Virus record (IMG/VR): IMGVR_UViG_3300045988_082369
Location: 1-41,232 of that record
Length of the DNA: 41,232 nucleotides
Direction: 5' to 3' (one strand)
DNA from: a virus
Under the pieces are notes generated by a model, which saw only the letters and a program-made list of their open reading frames with translations, had not been told where the DNA came from and did no database searches. Shown piece after piece: positions 26,648 to 34,306 of the stretch. The number at the start of each line of letters is the position of its first letter. Position 1 is the stretch's first letter. A program made the translations under genes and the position numbers.

Positions 26648-27012
26648 CTCTTTACCTCCTTCACACATTTCGTGCATCCGTCTAGCATAAACTTGTTTTT
26701 ATCACCACAGTATCCATATGTACCGCTTTCTGTCACGGAGTTGTTGAATTTTTGGCAATCTCCGCAGATTCCACCTGTAAAACAGCCCTTATCCCCAAAG
26801 TAGCTGTACAATTCAAACAACAACCCTTGAGCCTTCTTATAGCTCAGTTTTTGACCGTTGTGGAATTTTAAGCCTTTTTTACCTTGAGAAACCTGAGCTT
26901 TAATTAACCGCTCAACAGCTTTTAGCAGCAACTCCAAGTCATTCCAATCTCGATTGTCAGGGTCATGTATAAGATTGATGGGATAAGGTCTAACTTTAAC
27001 CTTTTTGTACAT
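26644..27012 (-). CDS. Cys-rich hypothetical protein
   Basis: 122 aa with CFTGGICGDCQKF...YCGDKNKFMLDGCTKC. Confidence 0.5.
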   Translation of the reverse strand: MYKKVKVRPYPINLIHDPDNRDWNDLELLLKAVERLIKAQVSQGKKGLKFHNGQKLSYKKAQGLLFELYSYFGDKGCFTGGICGDCQKFNNSVTESGTYGYCGDKNKFMLDGCTKCVKEVKR

Positions 27013-27014
27013 AG

Positions 27015-27218
27015 CTAGACCCTCAATACATTGGCCAGCTTACGCACAGCTCGTTCATACTCTCGTGGAGTTATGTCCAGCTCTTGCAGGTGTCTCTTAT
27101 AATACTCATACACCCTCAGGTCACCCTTTTTATCTCGATTAGCTGAGGCTAACACACGTTGAATCTTCTGCAGTTCCCGTTCTCTCATCTCATCCTCCGT
27201 TCTTACACTTCTACGCAA
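27015..27218 (-). CDS. Hypothetical basic helical protein
   Basis: 67-aa ORF packed tightly within the operon. Confidence 0.45.
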   Translation of the reverse strand: MRRSVRTEDEMRERELQKIQRVLASANRDKKGDLRVYEYYKRHLQELDITPREYERAVRKLANVLRV

Positions 27219-27436
27219 TCAGGAAATACTTCAGCTGTCAGGGTCGTGAGGTATTTCTCATCAACTTGGCCTTGAGCTTGCAATTTCACCTTGTAGTTGT
27301 TGTTTCCACAATCTACTTTAGCAATCATCTTCCCGTTGGCATTCTTCACATTTTGGTAGTTGGAAAACCAATAGAATCCTTCATAGTTGGGAATTGGTCT
27401 CCACACTTCTTTACCTACAAACAATTTAGTCTTCAT
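27203..27436 (-). CDS. NUMOD4-only protein (truncated homing-endonuclease N-terminal module)
   Basis: VWRPIPNYEGFYWFSNYQNVKN matches the NUMOD4 pattern. No HNH or GIY-YIG domain follows. Confidence 0.6.
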   Translation of the reverse strand: MKTKLFVGKEVWRPIPNYEGFYWFSNYQNVKNANGKMIAKVDCGNNNYKVKLQAQGQVDEKYLTTLTAEVFPDCVEV

Positions 27437-29360
27437 CTTCTTTATTTAACTCAACCCCCTCCCAGCAATATTCACGATTCTTACCCCGAACCTCTTTATA
27501 CCTAGCCCTCATTAATCTTGCAAATGAATGACTTTTATGTGCTTCTCTACCCGTATTTATACAAAATTCCACATAAGTCTGATAAAGTTTGGACTTAGAC
27601 ACCATACCCCCACTCGACTCTGTGCATCTAGTTGTTATAAATGCGTGTATAGTGTCTGAGTCCTGCCTTAATGATTCTACTAACTGATTAGATGTGTCTG
27701 TTCTTGGGATTTTCTTCAGAGGCAGCCTATTCAGCAGAGTCGGAATCAGCTGCTCAATACTCTCATCACTACACAGCCTATTCACATATTCATCATTTAA
27801 AAACAGTTCTCTATCCATTTTCAACACTCGCATCCTCTTATAGAACGCATCTGATTTTTCCTCGAGTTGTAGTGGTAGCTGATTAAAGCTGAACAACAGC
27901 TTAGCAAAACTTGTGAAGAAAAATGGCTCTTTACCTTTTTTCTCGTGCATTATTTGGTCACCGCCTGTAATTTTCTTAAGATTTTCAATACTTGTCAAAG
28001 GCAGCGACTTGTTGTCAGCACAAGAATTTAGCAACTTACCATATAGCTGTGAGGGGTAAAATCTAGCATTCAACTCGTGCATCGCTAGAGCGGAAGTGTT
28101 GACTTTCCCAACTAAGTTCTCAATAAACCTGATGAGAACAGATTTACCTGTGTTAGACCTACCAACTAATATCATGAAAGTTTTCAGCCCGTAGTTGGTT
28201 GTCATGCAATAAGCAACGTAGTCTAACAACATACCAACCTCAGATTTACTCAATTTAGCTTGATTTACCAAAAAATCATACATGTAGGTGCTCTTGAATG
28301 GCACTCTTTTCTTAACCTCGTGCGGAATCTGAATTGTTTGGAGATACTTGCTGTCGTGAGGTAACAACTTCTTCTTGTTAATATCCCACACCCCGTTCTT
28401 AAAGTTGATTAGATTCGTGTGTGAGTTGAGGTCTTGGGCTGATTTTTGAATCCTAGCATCATCCGCCAACAATCGGTAGCATTCCATCAACTTAGATTGC
28501 TGAATTAGATTATCAAACTCAACCATGTTCTTTATGGTGTTTCTAACGTGAGATGATGCCTCTACATATACCCCATCTTGGTAACGGTAGCAGTCTGACC
28601 CTAGAACAAATGCTTTGCCCTCGTTAACAAAGTAGTCGCAAACCGCTCTGCTGTTAATTTGTGAGGGTTTGCCTTTATCTGTATAGATGACATACGGATT
28701 AGTGAACCCTTCAGTAGCCTTGTATCTTTTGGTGTTATCAACAATCTTAGCGAGCTCATCCTCATCCATCGGGTCTTTAAACACGTAGGTGTTGATAAGT
28801 TCCGCCATCTCATCCAGCTCATCCTCGCTCGCACCTCGATTCTTATATGCCATGAGGTGAGTGAATAAGGTTGAATTTCTACCCTCCCCCTCACTGAGGT
28901 TTAGCAAGCTCTCCTTACACCCCATCAGAGGGGTAAACTCTCGTGGTAGCTCAGCAATTGTCTTGGTGTTATTGAAAGCTCTCTCCGAACTTCCGAACGG
29001 GAGAATGACATACCCCTTCTCAGCACACCTATAATCACATTTAAGACCGAAAGGAAGCACCATTCCAACCTTTTGTGGAAAAGTCTCATCAGTCTTAAAA
29101 TATAGATGAAGTCCTTTTGGTGTCTTACACATTAGGGTGTTGAGCTTGAGCTTACGGATAATCTTCAGCGCAACCTCTTTGCCCTCATCTATATCGACTA
29201 TGATGTATCCTTGGCGAACCCACCAGCCAATCTGACCTCCTTGGGATATGTGGTCTAAGGCTTGTTGATTATTGACTATGCTAGGGTCTATCCTCTTTTT
29301 ACCCTCACACCTGACATAGCTGTTCTGACCAATTAAACTGTCAAAATCTTTAAATTTCAA
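27426..29360 (-). CDS. Primase-polymerase / SF3 helicase (P4 alpha / D5-like)
   Basis: N-terminal prim-pol pattern (IIVDIDEG...GLHLYFK), central D5_N-like region, and Walker A GRSNTGKS. TTG start with a GGAG SD. Confidence 0.9.
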   Translation of the reverse strand: MKFKDFDSLIGQNSYVRCEGKKRIDPSIVNNQQALDHISQGGQIGWWVRQGYIIVDIDEGKEVALKIIRKLKLNTLMCKTPKGLHLYFKTDETFPQKVGMVLPFGLKCDYRCAEKGYVILPFGSSERAFNNTKTIAELPREFTPLMGCKESLLNLSEGEGRNSTLFTHLMAYKNRGASEDELDEMAELINTYVFKDPMDEDELAKIVDNTKRYKATEGFTNPYVIYTDKGKPSQINSRAVCDYFVNEGKAFVLGSDCYRYQDGVYVEASSHVRNTIKNMVEFDNLIQQSKLMECYRLLADDARIQKSAQDLNSHTNLINFKNGVWDINKKKLLPHDSKYLQTIQIPHEVKKRVPFKSTYMYDFLVNQAKLSKSEVGMLLDYVAYCMTTNYGLKTFMILVGRSNTGKSVLIRFIENLVGKVNTSALAMHELNARFYPSQLYGKLLNSCADNKSLPLTSIENLKKITGGDQIMHEKKGKEPFFFTSFAKLLFSFNQLPLQLEEKSDAFYKRMRVLKMDRELFLNDEYVNRLCSDESIEQLIPTLLNRLPLKKIPRTDTSNQLVESLRQDSDTIHAFITTRCTESSGGMVSKSKLYQTYVEFCINTGREAHKSHSFARLMRARYKEVRGKNREYCWEGVELNKEDED

Positions 29361-29364
29361 GCCT

Positions 29365-29733
29365 TTACTCCAATTCTCTAAGTTTTGTTGTTATCTCCAT
29401 GCCTTCGTCACTTGCTAGCCACTTCTTAACTCGCCCCATCTTAAGACCTAACTCAACTGATAAATCTTCATCACTTATCTGAAAAATCTCAAGGACATGG
29501 TCAAGAACGATGATAACGTCAGCAACTTCCCCAGCTACAGCTTTTCTAGTGTCAGCTACAGCCTTCTCGTGACTTCCGTATCTCATGTACTTTAGTAACT
29601 CTTTAGCTAATTCACAGCACTCTTCAGCAGCTACAGCAATTTGATTGCGTTCTCCGAACTTCTCACGAGCTATTTTGAGTGCCTCGATATCATCTGAAGA
29701 TAACAGATTTCTATGTATAATTGATTTTCTCAT
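29365..29733 (-). CDS. MazG-like nucleotide pyrophosphohydrolase
   Basis: All-alpha protein of 122 aa with AAEECCELAKEL and GEVADVIIVLD metal-binding helices. Confidence 0.75.
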   Translation of the reverse strand: MRKSIIHRNLLSSDDIEALKIAREKFGERNQIAVAAEECCELAKELLKYMRYGSHEKAVADTRKAVAGEVADVIIVLDHVLEIFQISDEDLSVELGLKMGRVKKWLASDEGMEITTKLRELE

Positions 29734-29737
29734 GCTT

Positions 29738-30229
29738 TTACCTCTCTACGTCTATATATCGCCAGTCATCAACGTGCGTGACCTTAACATTACCCTCGTC
29801 AAATATACGTTCAGTCTCCTGTGATATAACCTGACCTCTGCCATAATACACGTGCTTTATACCTGCGGTCACAATTGCTCTAGCACAGGCTTCACAAGGG
29901 TATCGGGTCACGATGATTGTTGACCTTGATATCTGAATCCCGAACTTAGCTGCGGTTGCGATAGCATCAATCTCAGCATGGACTGCCCTGCAATCGGAAG
30001 GCAATCTGTGTTCCTTGCTGTCTTCTCCATACAGCTCAACTCGATGACACCCTGAGACCTTGCAAGTTTTTGGAATAGTTCTATTTACACCATAAATCTC
30101 GTGAATTGATTGCTTAGAGCTTTTAGGCTGAACAATTACACAGCCAACAGCAACTTTTACGCAACCTGAGGTGTCATCTGCGTGAGATTGAGCACGGTCT
30201 AAAAATTCAATAACTTCATCTTTTTTCAC
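29738..30229 (-). CDS. dCMP deaminase (ComEB/T4 Cd-like)
   Basis: Zinc motifs VHAEIDAI and RYPCEACARAI. Confidence 0.9.
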   Translation of the reverse strand: MKKDEVIEFLDRAQSHADDTSGCVKVAVGCVIVQPKSSKQSIHEIYGVNRTIPKTCKVSGCHRVELYGEDSKEHRLPSDCRAVHAEIDAIATAAKFGIQISRSTIIVTRYPCEACARAIVTAGIKHVYYGRGQVISQETERIFDEGNVKVTHVDDWRYIDVER

Positions 30230-30231
30230 AA

Positions 30232-30573
30232 TTAACCTCTTTTCTTCCTCTTCACAAGCACTTTGCCCTTAGCTGGCACGGGTCTATAATAATCATCAAA
30301 ATGCTTAAGCACTTTTATTGTGCCCTTAGGAGTGTCAAGGTCTACTCCTACAGCTTGAGTATACTTGTATTTCTTCATCTCAGGGCTGTACACAACCTCT
30401 TTGTATTTCTTACCGCAGTCACAGATAAACTTGGCTTTAACCTTGTTATCTACAACGTCATCCCCAACTGACCATAGTTCAGCCCCGCATTCTAGGCACT
30501 TCCCCTTAAAACTGCGGATGAACCTTCCGCTGTTGAGGAACTTGTATAATGCTGTAACGTATCTACTTTCCAT
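30232..30573 (-). CDS. Zinc-ribbon hypothetical protein
   Basis: CLECGAEL...CDCG pairs. 113 aa. Confidence 0.5.
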   Translation of the reverse strand: MESRYVTALYKFLNSGRFIRSFKGKCLECGAELWSVGDDVVDNKVKAKFICDCGKKYKEVVYSPEMKKYKYTQAVGVDLDTPKGTIKVLKHFDDYYRPVPAKGKVLVKRKKRG

Positions 30574-30582
30574 GGATTCCTC

Positions 30583-30699
30583 CTACTTCTTAGCCTTAGA
30601 CTTGTCATCACCATCTGTGCTGTTCTTAGTGACAAACACAGTCAACGCCATTGTTGTTACGCAAAGCATTGCAACTACTGAAATTACTACAATTGACAT
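30583..30699 (-). CDS. 38-aa single-pass membrane peptide (absent from the ORF track)
   Basis: GGAGG SD (30706-30710) 6 nt before the ATG. Sequence MSIVVISVVAMLCVTTMALTVFVTKNSTDGDDKSKAKK. Fills an otherwise empty 130-nt gap. Confidence 0.45.
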   Translation of the reverse strand: MSIVVISVVAMLCVTTMALTVFVTKNSTDGDDKSKAKK

Positions 30700-30702
30700 A
30701 TC

Positions 30703-31047
30703 TTACCTCCCAAAATTCTCATCAGCTTTAACAATATACGTTCCGTTATCTGCCCTAACTTGCTCAGGGCTAGCAATTATCACAACCGTTCCAGCCTTTA
30801 TGACCCCTTTGTCGGTCACAACATCCTCTTCATAGACCACGGCAGATGGGTGTGGCTTAGCTGCCACGTAGTTATCTATCGAGGAATGGCTGTATGACCT
30901 ATACTCTTTAATCACCATTTTTTGATGGCTAATTCCCTTTTTCTGGTGTTTAATCACGCAGGTTGAGTAAAGGAGCAGCAGCTCTAAAATAATTGCCGTA
31001 ATAGCCAAAATAAAGGCTATAAGCTGTACACGTTTAATCTCTTTCAT
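30703..31047 (-). CDS. Membrane-anchored hypothetical protein
   Basis: AAGGAGG SD 6 nt before the ATG at 31047. N-terminal TM helix (LIAFILAITAIILELLLLY). Confidence 0.55.
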   Translation of the reverse strand: MKEIKRVQLIAFILAITAIILELLLLYSTCVIKHQKKGISHQKMVIKEYRSYSHSSIDNYVAAKPHPSAVVYEEDVVTDKGVIKAGTVVIIASPEQVRADNGTYIVKADENFGR

Positions 31048-32035
31048 CAGATTCCTCCTTAAATGGCTTATAAGTGTTCTTTGGTTTTCCCAGCCCGTAG
31101 TAGGCTTTGTAGTATTTTTGTAACTCACAGAAACAGTTCTCCAGCGACATCACGTTCATCTTTTGGTCGTACTCAGGAAGGTCTGTAAATATCTTGGAAA
31201 AATCAAGTTCTTTGTTAATTACATCTACCAACCAAAACAAGCACTCTTCATAGTTTAAACCTCCTTTGCTTGTAAATAACAAGTTTAACCCAGCTTTACA
31301 TCCAGGACCAGCTACAACAAAAGAGTTTTCACTTACAGGAAACTCTGGAATATAGGTAAAGTCTACAAACAATTGATACCCCATAAAAGCTCCAATGCCT
31401 TCGAATTTCTTAAGGGTTTGATATACCTGATAACCTCCACCAGTAATGTGCTTAGGAGACAACTTTTGGAGTGACCTATGCTCAATTAAGTGCTTTATAA
31501 GCCATAGCACTCTCATAGGCACGCAATCCTCTCCTTCGCAATATCGCTCTAGCCCCATTTTCAATCCTGAAGTATAAAACACATTGGTGAAGTATAGATG
31601 ATCAGAGTCACTACACAATTCTCGATACTCCTCAGGGTCGAAATTCTTAGTGAATTTAATTGGCAGCCCCAATTTCTCTGCAGTTTGGTGTCGGTTGAAT
31701 AGCCTAAACATAACTGTATTGAGCAGCTTATCTCGATAAGACAGCTCAGGGTTTGTTGAAATATGCTCTATCAACCACTTAGATTCTCTGTCGTGTTCTC
31801 TCCGTATGTTAGTGAACCTCCAATGTTGTAAGACAGGGTCATCTGTCCACGGCTGTGACTCTCCTGCCTCTTTCGCCAGTCTAATGGCGTACCTCTCCTG
31901 AATATAGTATAGAAGCATTCTGTACACGTCCATGTCTAATTGTGGACAATCAGACCTTATTTTGTCTACGTTCACCAGTCGTGAACAGAATACATCCCCA
32001 CTCTTGTTTTGCAATAGTTGTGCCCTCCTTAACAT
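31034..32035 (-). CDS. Candidate DNA base-hypermodification transferase (aGPT-Pplase-like). Start is ATG 32035 or SD-backed TTG 32014.
   Basis: Motifs ERYAIRLAKEAGESQPWTDDPVLQHWRFTNIRREHDRESKW and FEGIGAFMGYQLFVD. The family assignment is from memory of that family's pattern. AAGGAGGG (32023-32030) lies 8 nt before the TTG at 32014. Confidence 0.5.
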   Translation of the reverse strand: MLRRAQLLQNKSGDVFCSRLVNVDKIRSDCPQLDMDVYRMLLYYIQERYAIRLAKEAGESQPWTDDPVLQHWRFTNIRREHDRESKWLIEHISTNPELSYRDKLLNTVMFRLFNRHQTAEKLGLPIKFTKNFDPEEYRELCSDSDHLYFTNVFYTSGLKMGLERYCEGEDCVPMRVLWLIKHLIEHRSLQKLSPKHITGGGYQVYQTLKKFEGIGAFMGYQLFVDFTYIPEFPVSENSFVVAGPGCKAGLNLLFTSKGGLNYEECLFWLVDVINKELDFSKIFTDLPEYDQKMNVMSLENCFCELQKYYKAYYGLGKPKNTYKPFKEESDERD

Positions 32036-32132
32036 TTTAACCTAGTATATACCCACGGTCAGCCTCACGGCAAACCTTCTTCGAGGGGTCTCGCTCAACC
32101 GACCTAGTGGGTGTATCGTGAATAATCAATCG

Positions 32133-32384
32133 CTATTTAGCATTTTCGCAGTTTTTCTCCGCTATACGAGTAGCAATAGTTTGAGGTAATAGAGCGGAAG
32201 TGACAATATGACCCGTCTTCAAGACGATGACAGATTTTACACGCTTTCCGTAGTTTAACTCAACACAAGCATTAGTGTCCTTAGCATTGTTTAGTAACCT
32301 CTTAACTGGTGACGACTCTGGTGGTGAGATAGTCTCAATCTCATCTACTTTCACAAAACTGTTAGTTCCAACATTTACAAACAT
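32133..32384 (-). CDS. remA: RemA (DUF370) family DNA-binding protein
   Basis: ISPPESSPVKRLLNNAKDTNACVELNYGKRVKSVIVLKTGHIVTSALLPQTIATRI lines up with the B. subtilis RemA core SPESAPIKR...IDATYGRRTRAV...ILSAVQPETVAQR. Confidence 0.75.
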   Translation of the reverse strand: MFVNVGTNSFVKVDEIETISPPESSPVKRLLNNAKDTNACVELNYGKRVKSVIVLKTGHIVTSALLPQTIATRIAEKNCENAK

Positions 32385-32404
32385 AATTAATTCCTCCTAT
32401 ATAC

Positions 32405-32584
32405 TTACATGTAGTGAAAATCTTCAAGTTCATCGACAGCACAGATGATATATTCATCCTTCGGATTCCTACAAACCCAAAATCGGTCTGTTAACTGTTC
32501 CTCAATTATTACCTCCACACCTGTGTTGGTGTCGTATGCTCTCGTTGCATCTTCTATGCAATCTACTGGGTGTTTATAACTCAT
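32405..32584 (-). CDS. 59-aa hypothetical protein
   Basis: AAGGAGG SD before the ATG at 32584. The track start at 32620 is a TTG. Confidence 0.5.
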   Translation of the reverse strand: MSYKHPVDCIEDATRAYDTNTGVEVIIEEQLTDRFWVCRNPKDEYIICAVDELEDFHYM

Positions 32585-32594
32585 TTTAACCTCC

Positions 32595-32747
32595 TTAGAA
32601 TACCAACCACCACAACACAATTGAAGTTATTGCGATTAAGGTTAGGTCAGCCACAAGAAATAACGTGTTTGATAATTTATATTTGTGGTAAAAGTGAGCA
32701 ATTATGGCAACTACCCCTGTGCTCAATCCTACCGCAGATATAACCAT
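32595..32747 (-). CDS. 50-aa two-TM membrane peptide (absent from the ORF track)
   Basis: The ATG is 2 nt after the upstream stop. Sequence MVISAVGLSTGVVAIIAHFYHKYKLSNTLFLVADLTLIAITSIVLWWLVF. Its stop lies inside the next gene's SD. Confidence 0.4.
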   Translation of the reverse strand: MVISAVGLSTGVVAIIAHFYHKYKLSNTLFLVADLTLIAITSIVLWWLVF

Positions 32748-32749
32748 TA

Positions 32750-32974
32750 TTAGCAAAAGCATTGAAATTCCTCCTTGTCATAGTTCTCTTCGCCTATTGG
32801 TGGCAAATATTTTGGTTTTGCGGTGATTTTTACCTCATGTTGAGGGTTAGGGTGAACTGGCTTTTTTCTCCTCTTCCTGAGGGCTTTTTTCACCCTCCCC
32901 TCACCAATCATATCATCATAGTAGTGGTGGCATCTATCGTGACACCATTCTTTAATCTCCTTGTTGCTCTTCAT
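32750..32974 (-). CDS. Hypothetical His/Cys- and Lys-rich protein
   Basis: 74 aa. AGGAGG SD. Confidence 0.5.
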   Translation of the reverse strand: MKSNKEIKEWCHDRCHHYYDDMIGEGRVKKALRKRRKKPVHPNPQHEVKITAKPKYLPPIGEENYDKEEFQCFC

Positions 32975-32982
32975 GTGACCTC

Positions 32983-33318
32983 CTAGATGAACTCGAACCT
33001 GTTAGCAAACTTAGGGTTCTTAGCATTGGTCTGAAGTCCTGTCATGCGGTTAAAGATTAGCTTGTTGCCATCCTTAGTAACTACACCTATCTTGGTTTTA
33101 GTCTGTTTAACAACCTCAAACTCTCCAATAACCATTCCTGTGAATGCCTTGACAAGAACTACATCTTCAACAATCTTCTCTCCTTCACCATTCTTAGTGA
33201 ATTCTTCCATTGTAGCTTTTGCCTGTGCAATAACGTCCTCTAGCTCAGCCTTCTTCATCTTGCCTGTTCCCTTGATACCTAGCTTAGCTGCCTCTAATCT
33301 CATCTCTTTTAGTGTCAT
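32983..33318 (-). CDS. HeH (Rho_N-like) plus FTGM-type domain protein. First gene after promoter P2.
   Basis: MTLKEMRLEAAKLGIKGTGKMKKAELEDVI, then KAFTGMVIGEFEVVKQTKTKIGVV...LIFNRMTGLQTN...KFANRF. AGGAGG SD. Confidence 0.65.
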   Translation of the reverse strand: MTLKEMRLEAAKLGIKGTGKMKKAELEDVIAQAKATMEEFTKNGEGEKIVEDVVLVKAFTGMVIGEFEVVKQTKTKIGVVTKDGNKLIFNRMTGLQTNAKNPKFANRFEFI

Positions 33319-33368
33319 CGTTATATCCTCCTGTGTATTAATTAGTGTTATTGTTCTTTACGATTCCT

Positions 33369-33397
33369 ATTATAGACTTATCATTGTGGGAAGTAAA
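33369..33397 (-). promoter_or_regulatory. SigmaA-type promoter P2
   Basis: On the minus strand: GGGGTTTACT, 17 bp, TATAAT, with an upstream A/T-tract UP-like region (33398-33435). Confidence 0.65.
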
Positions 33398-33484
33398 CCC
33401 CTTTTTACAAAAAACTTTGAAAAAATTTTTACAATCCTGCAAGACCTTGTCCGTTGTGGGGCTTTGCAAGAAAAATTTTTTGGT

Positions 33485-33516
33485 AGAGGGTCGAGGCTTA
33501 AAGCCCCAACCCCTCT
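33485..33516 (-). terminator. Hairpin at the 3' end of gene 33498-33782
   Basis: GC-rich stem of about 13 bp with one bulge, with the stop codon in the loop. The downstream U-run is separated from the stem by ACCAAAAAA, so this is atypical. Confidence 0.35.
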
Positions 33517-33782
33517 TTAATCATTTCCAATGGATTATCCCAAAATCCTTCAGACACATCGTCTAGTAAGAAGTAGTCATCATCCATATCACCTACTTGG
33601 ATGTACTCTGCATAGAAGTAGTGATTGTCTATCTCTCCAGCCACTATCAGGCTGTATTCACCCTTAGTGTAAGGGGTCAATGAGATGTTGAAGTTCTGTA
33701 GAGTTTCAATGCCTGTTCTCTCAGGTAACCCTAGACTCTTAGCAAATTTCATCTTTCTCTCGTCCAGTCTTAATTCTTTCAT
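33498..33782 (-). CDS. Acidic early protein, paralogue of 33973-34263
   Basis: 94 aa. Shares K.A..L..P..T....L.N......PY...L(I)VAG...Y.V with its neighbour. Has its own promoter. Confidence 0.6.
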   Translation of the reverse strand: MKELRLDERKMKFAKSLGLPERTGIETLQNFNISLTPYTKGEYSLIVAGEIDNHYFYAEYIQVGDMDDDYFLLDDVSEGFWDNPLEMIKEGLGL

Positions 33783-33825
33783 GGTTTACCTCCTTGTGTA
33801 TCTTGTTAAGTACCTTACATTGACT

Positions 33826-33854
33826 ATCATAGCTCCATTTACAATAAAAGTAAA
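33826..33854 (-). promoter_or_regulatory. SigmaA-type promoter P3
   Basis: On the minus strand: GGGGTTTACT, 17 bp, TATGAT, with upstream A/T tracts. Confidence 0.6.
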
Positions 33855-33945
33855 CCCCTTTTTTGAAAAAAGTTTAAAATTTTTTGGAAAAACTTTTCGT
33901 GTTATTGGCTACTGTGTAAATTTACAAGTTATTGTGAAAATGAGT

Positions 33946-33964
33946 AGGGGGTTATTCACCCCCT
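33946..33964. terminator. Terminator-like hairpin after gene 33973-34263
   Basis: AGGGGG, 7-nt loop, CCCCCT. A-tract on one side and T-tract on the other. Confidence 0.45.
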
Positions 33965-33972
33965 TTTTCAAT

Positions 33973-34263
33973 TTATCTGTAGATGTTCTCAAATGCCCAT
34001 CTAATTGCATGACCCTCGTCCTCAAATAGCTGTGGTGAGATTTTCTCCATCACTACCGTCTCATAATCCAACACTTGGTATACCGCTACAAATACGTTGT
34101 TTCCTGACATCTCTCCAGCATATCCTGCAACTATTAGCAAGTCACCATACGGTATAACCTTATCCCAATTGTTTTCTAAGTAAGACATTGAAGTCTCAAC
34201 TGGCATCTTAAGTTCTCTAGCTCTTTTCTCAGTTGTTAGATTAGTAGTGTAATTATTTTCCAT
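33973..34263 (-). CDS. Acidic early protein, paralogue of 33498-33782
   Basis: GAGGAGG SD 5 nt before the ATG at 34263. The track start at 34281 is a TTG. Confidence 0.6.
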   Translation of the reverse strand: MENNYTTNLTTEKRARELKMPVETSMSYLENNWDKVIPYGDLLIVAGYAGEMSGNNVFVAVYQVLDYETVVMEKISPQLFEDEGHAIRWAFENIYR

Positions 34264-34306
34264 GTCGTCCTCCTCAAGCAATCTTGTTAAGTGTCTTATG
34301 GTTAGT

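Noticed and set aside
32061-32080. GGCAAACC on the plus strand as part of a c-di-GMP-I (GEMM) riboswitch
   Set aside because: It is a single 8-mer match on the strand antisense to the local operon. None of the other GEMM helices or tetraloop-receptor features could be found.
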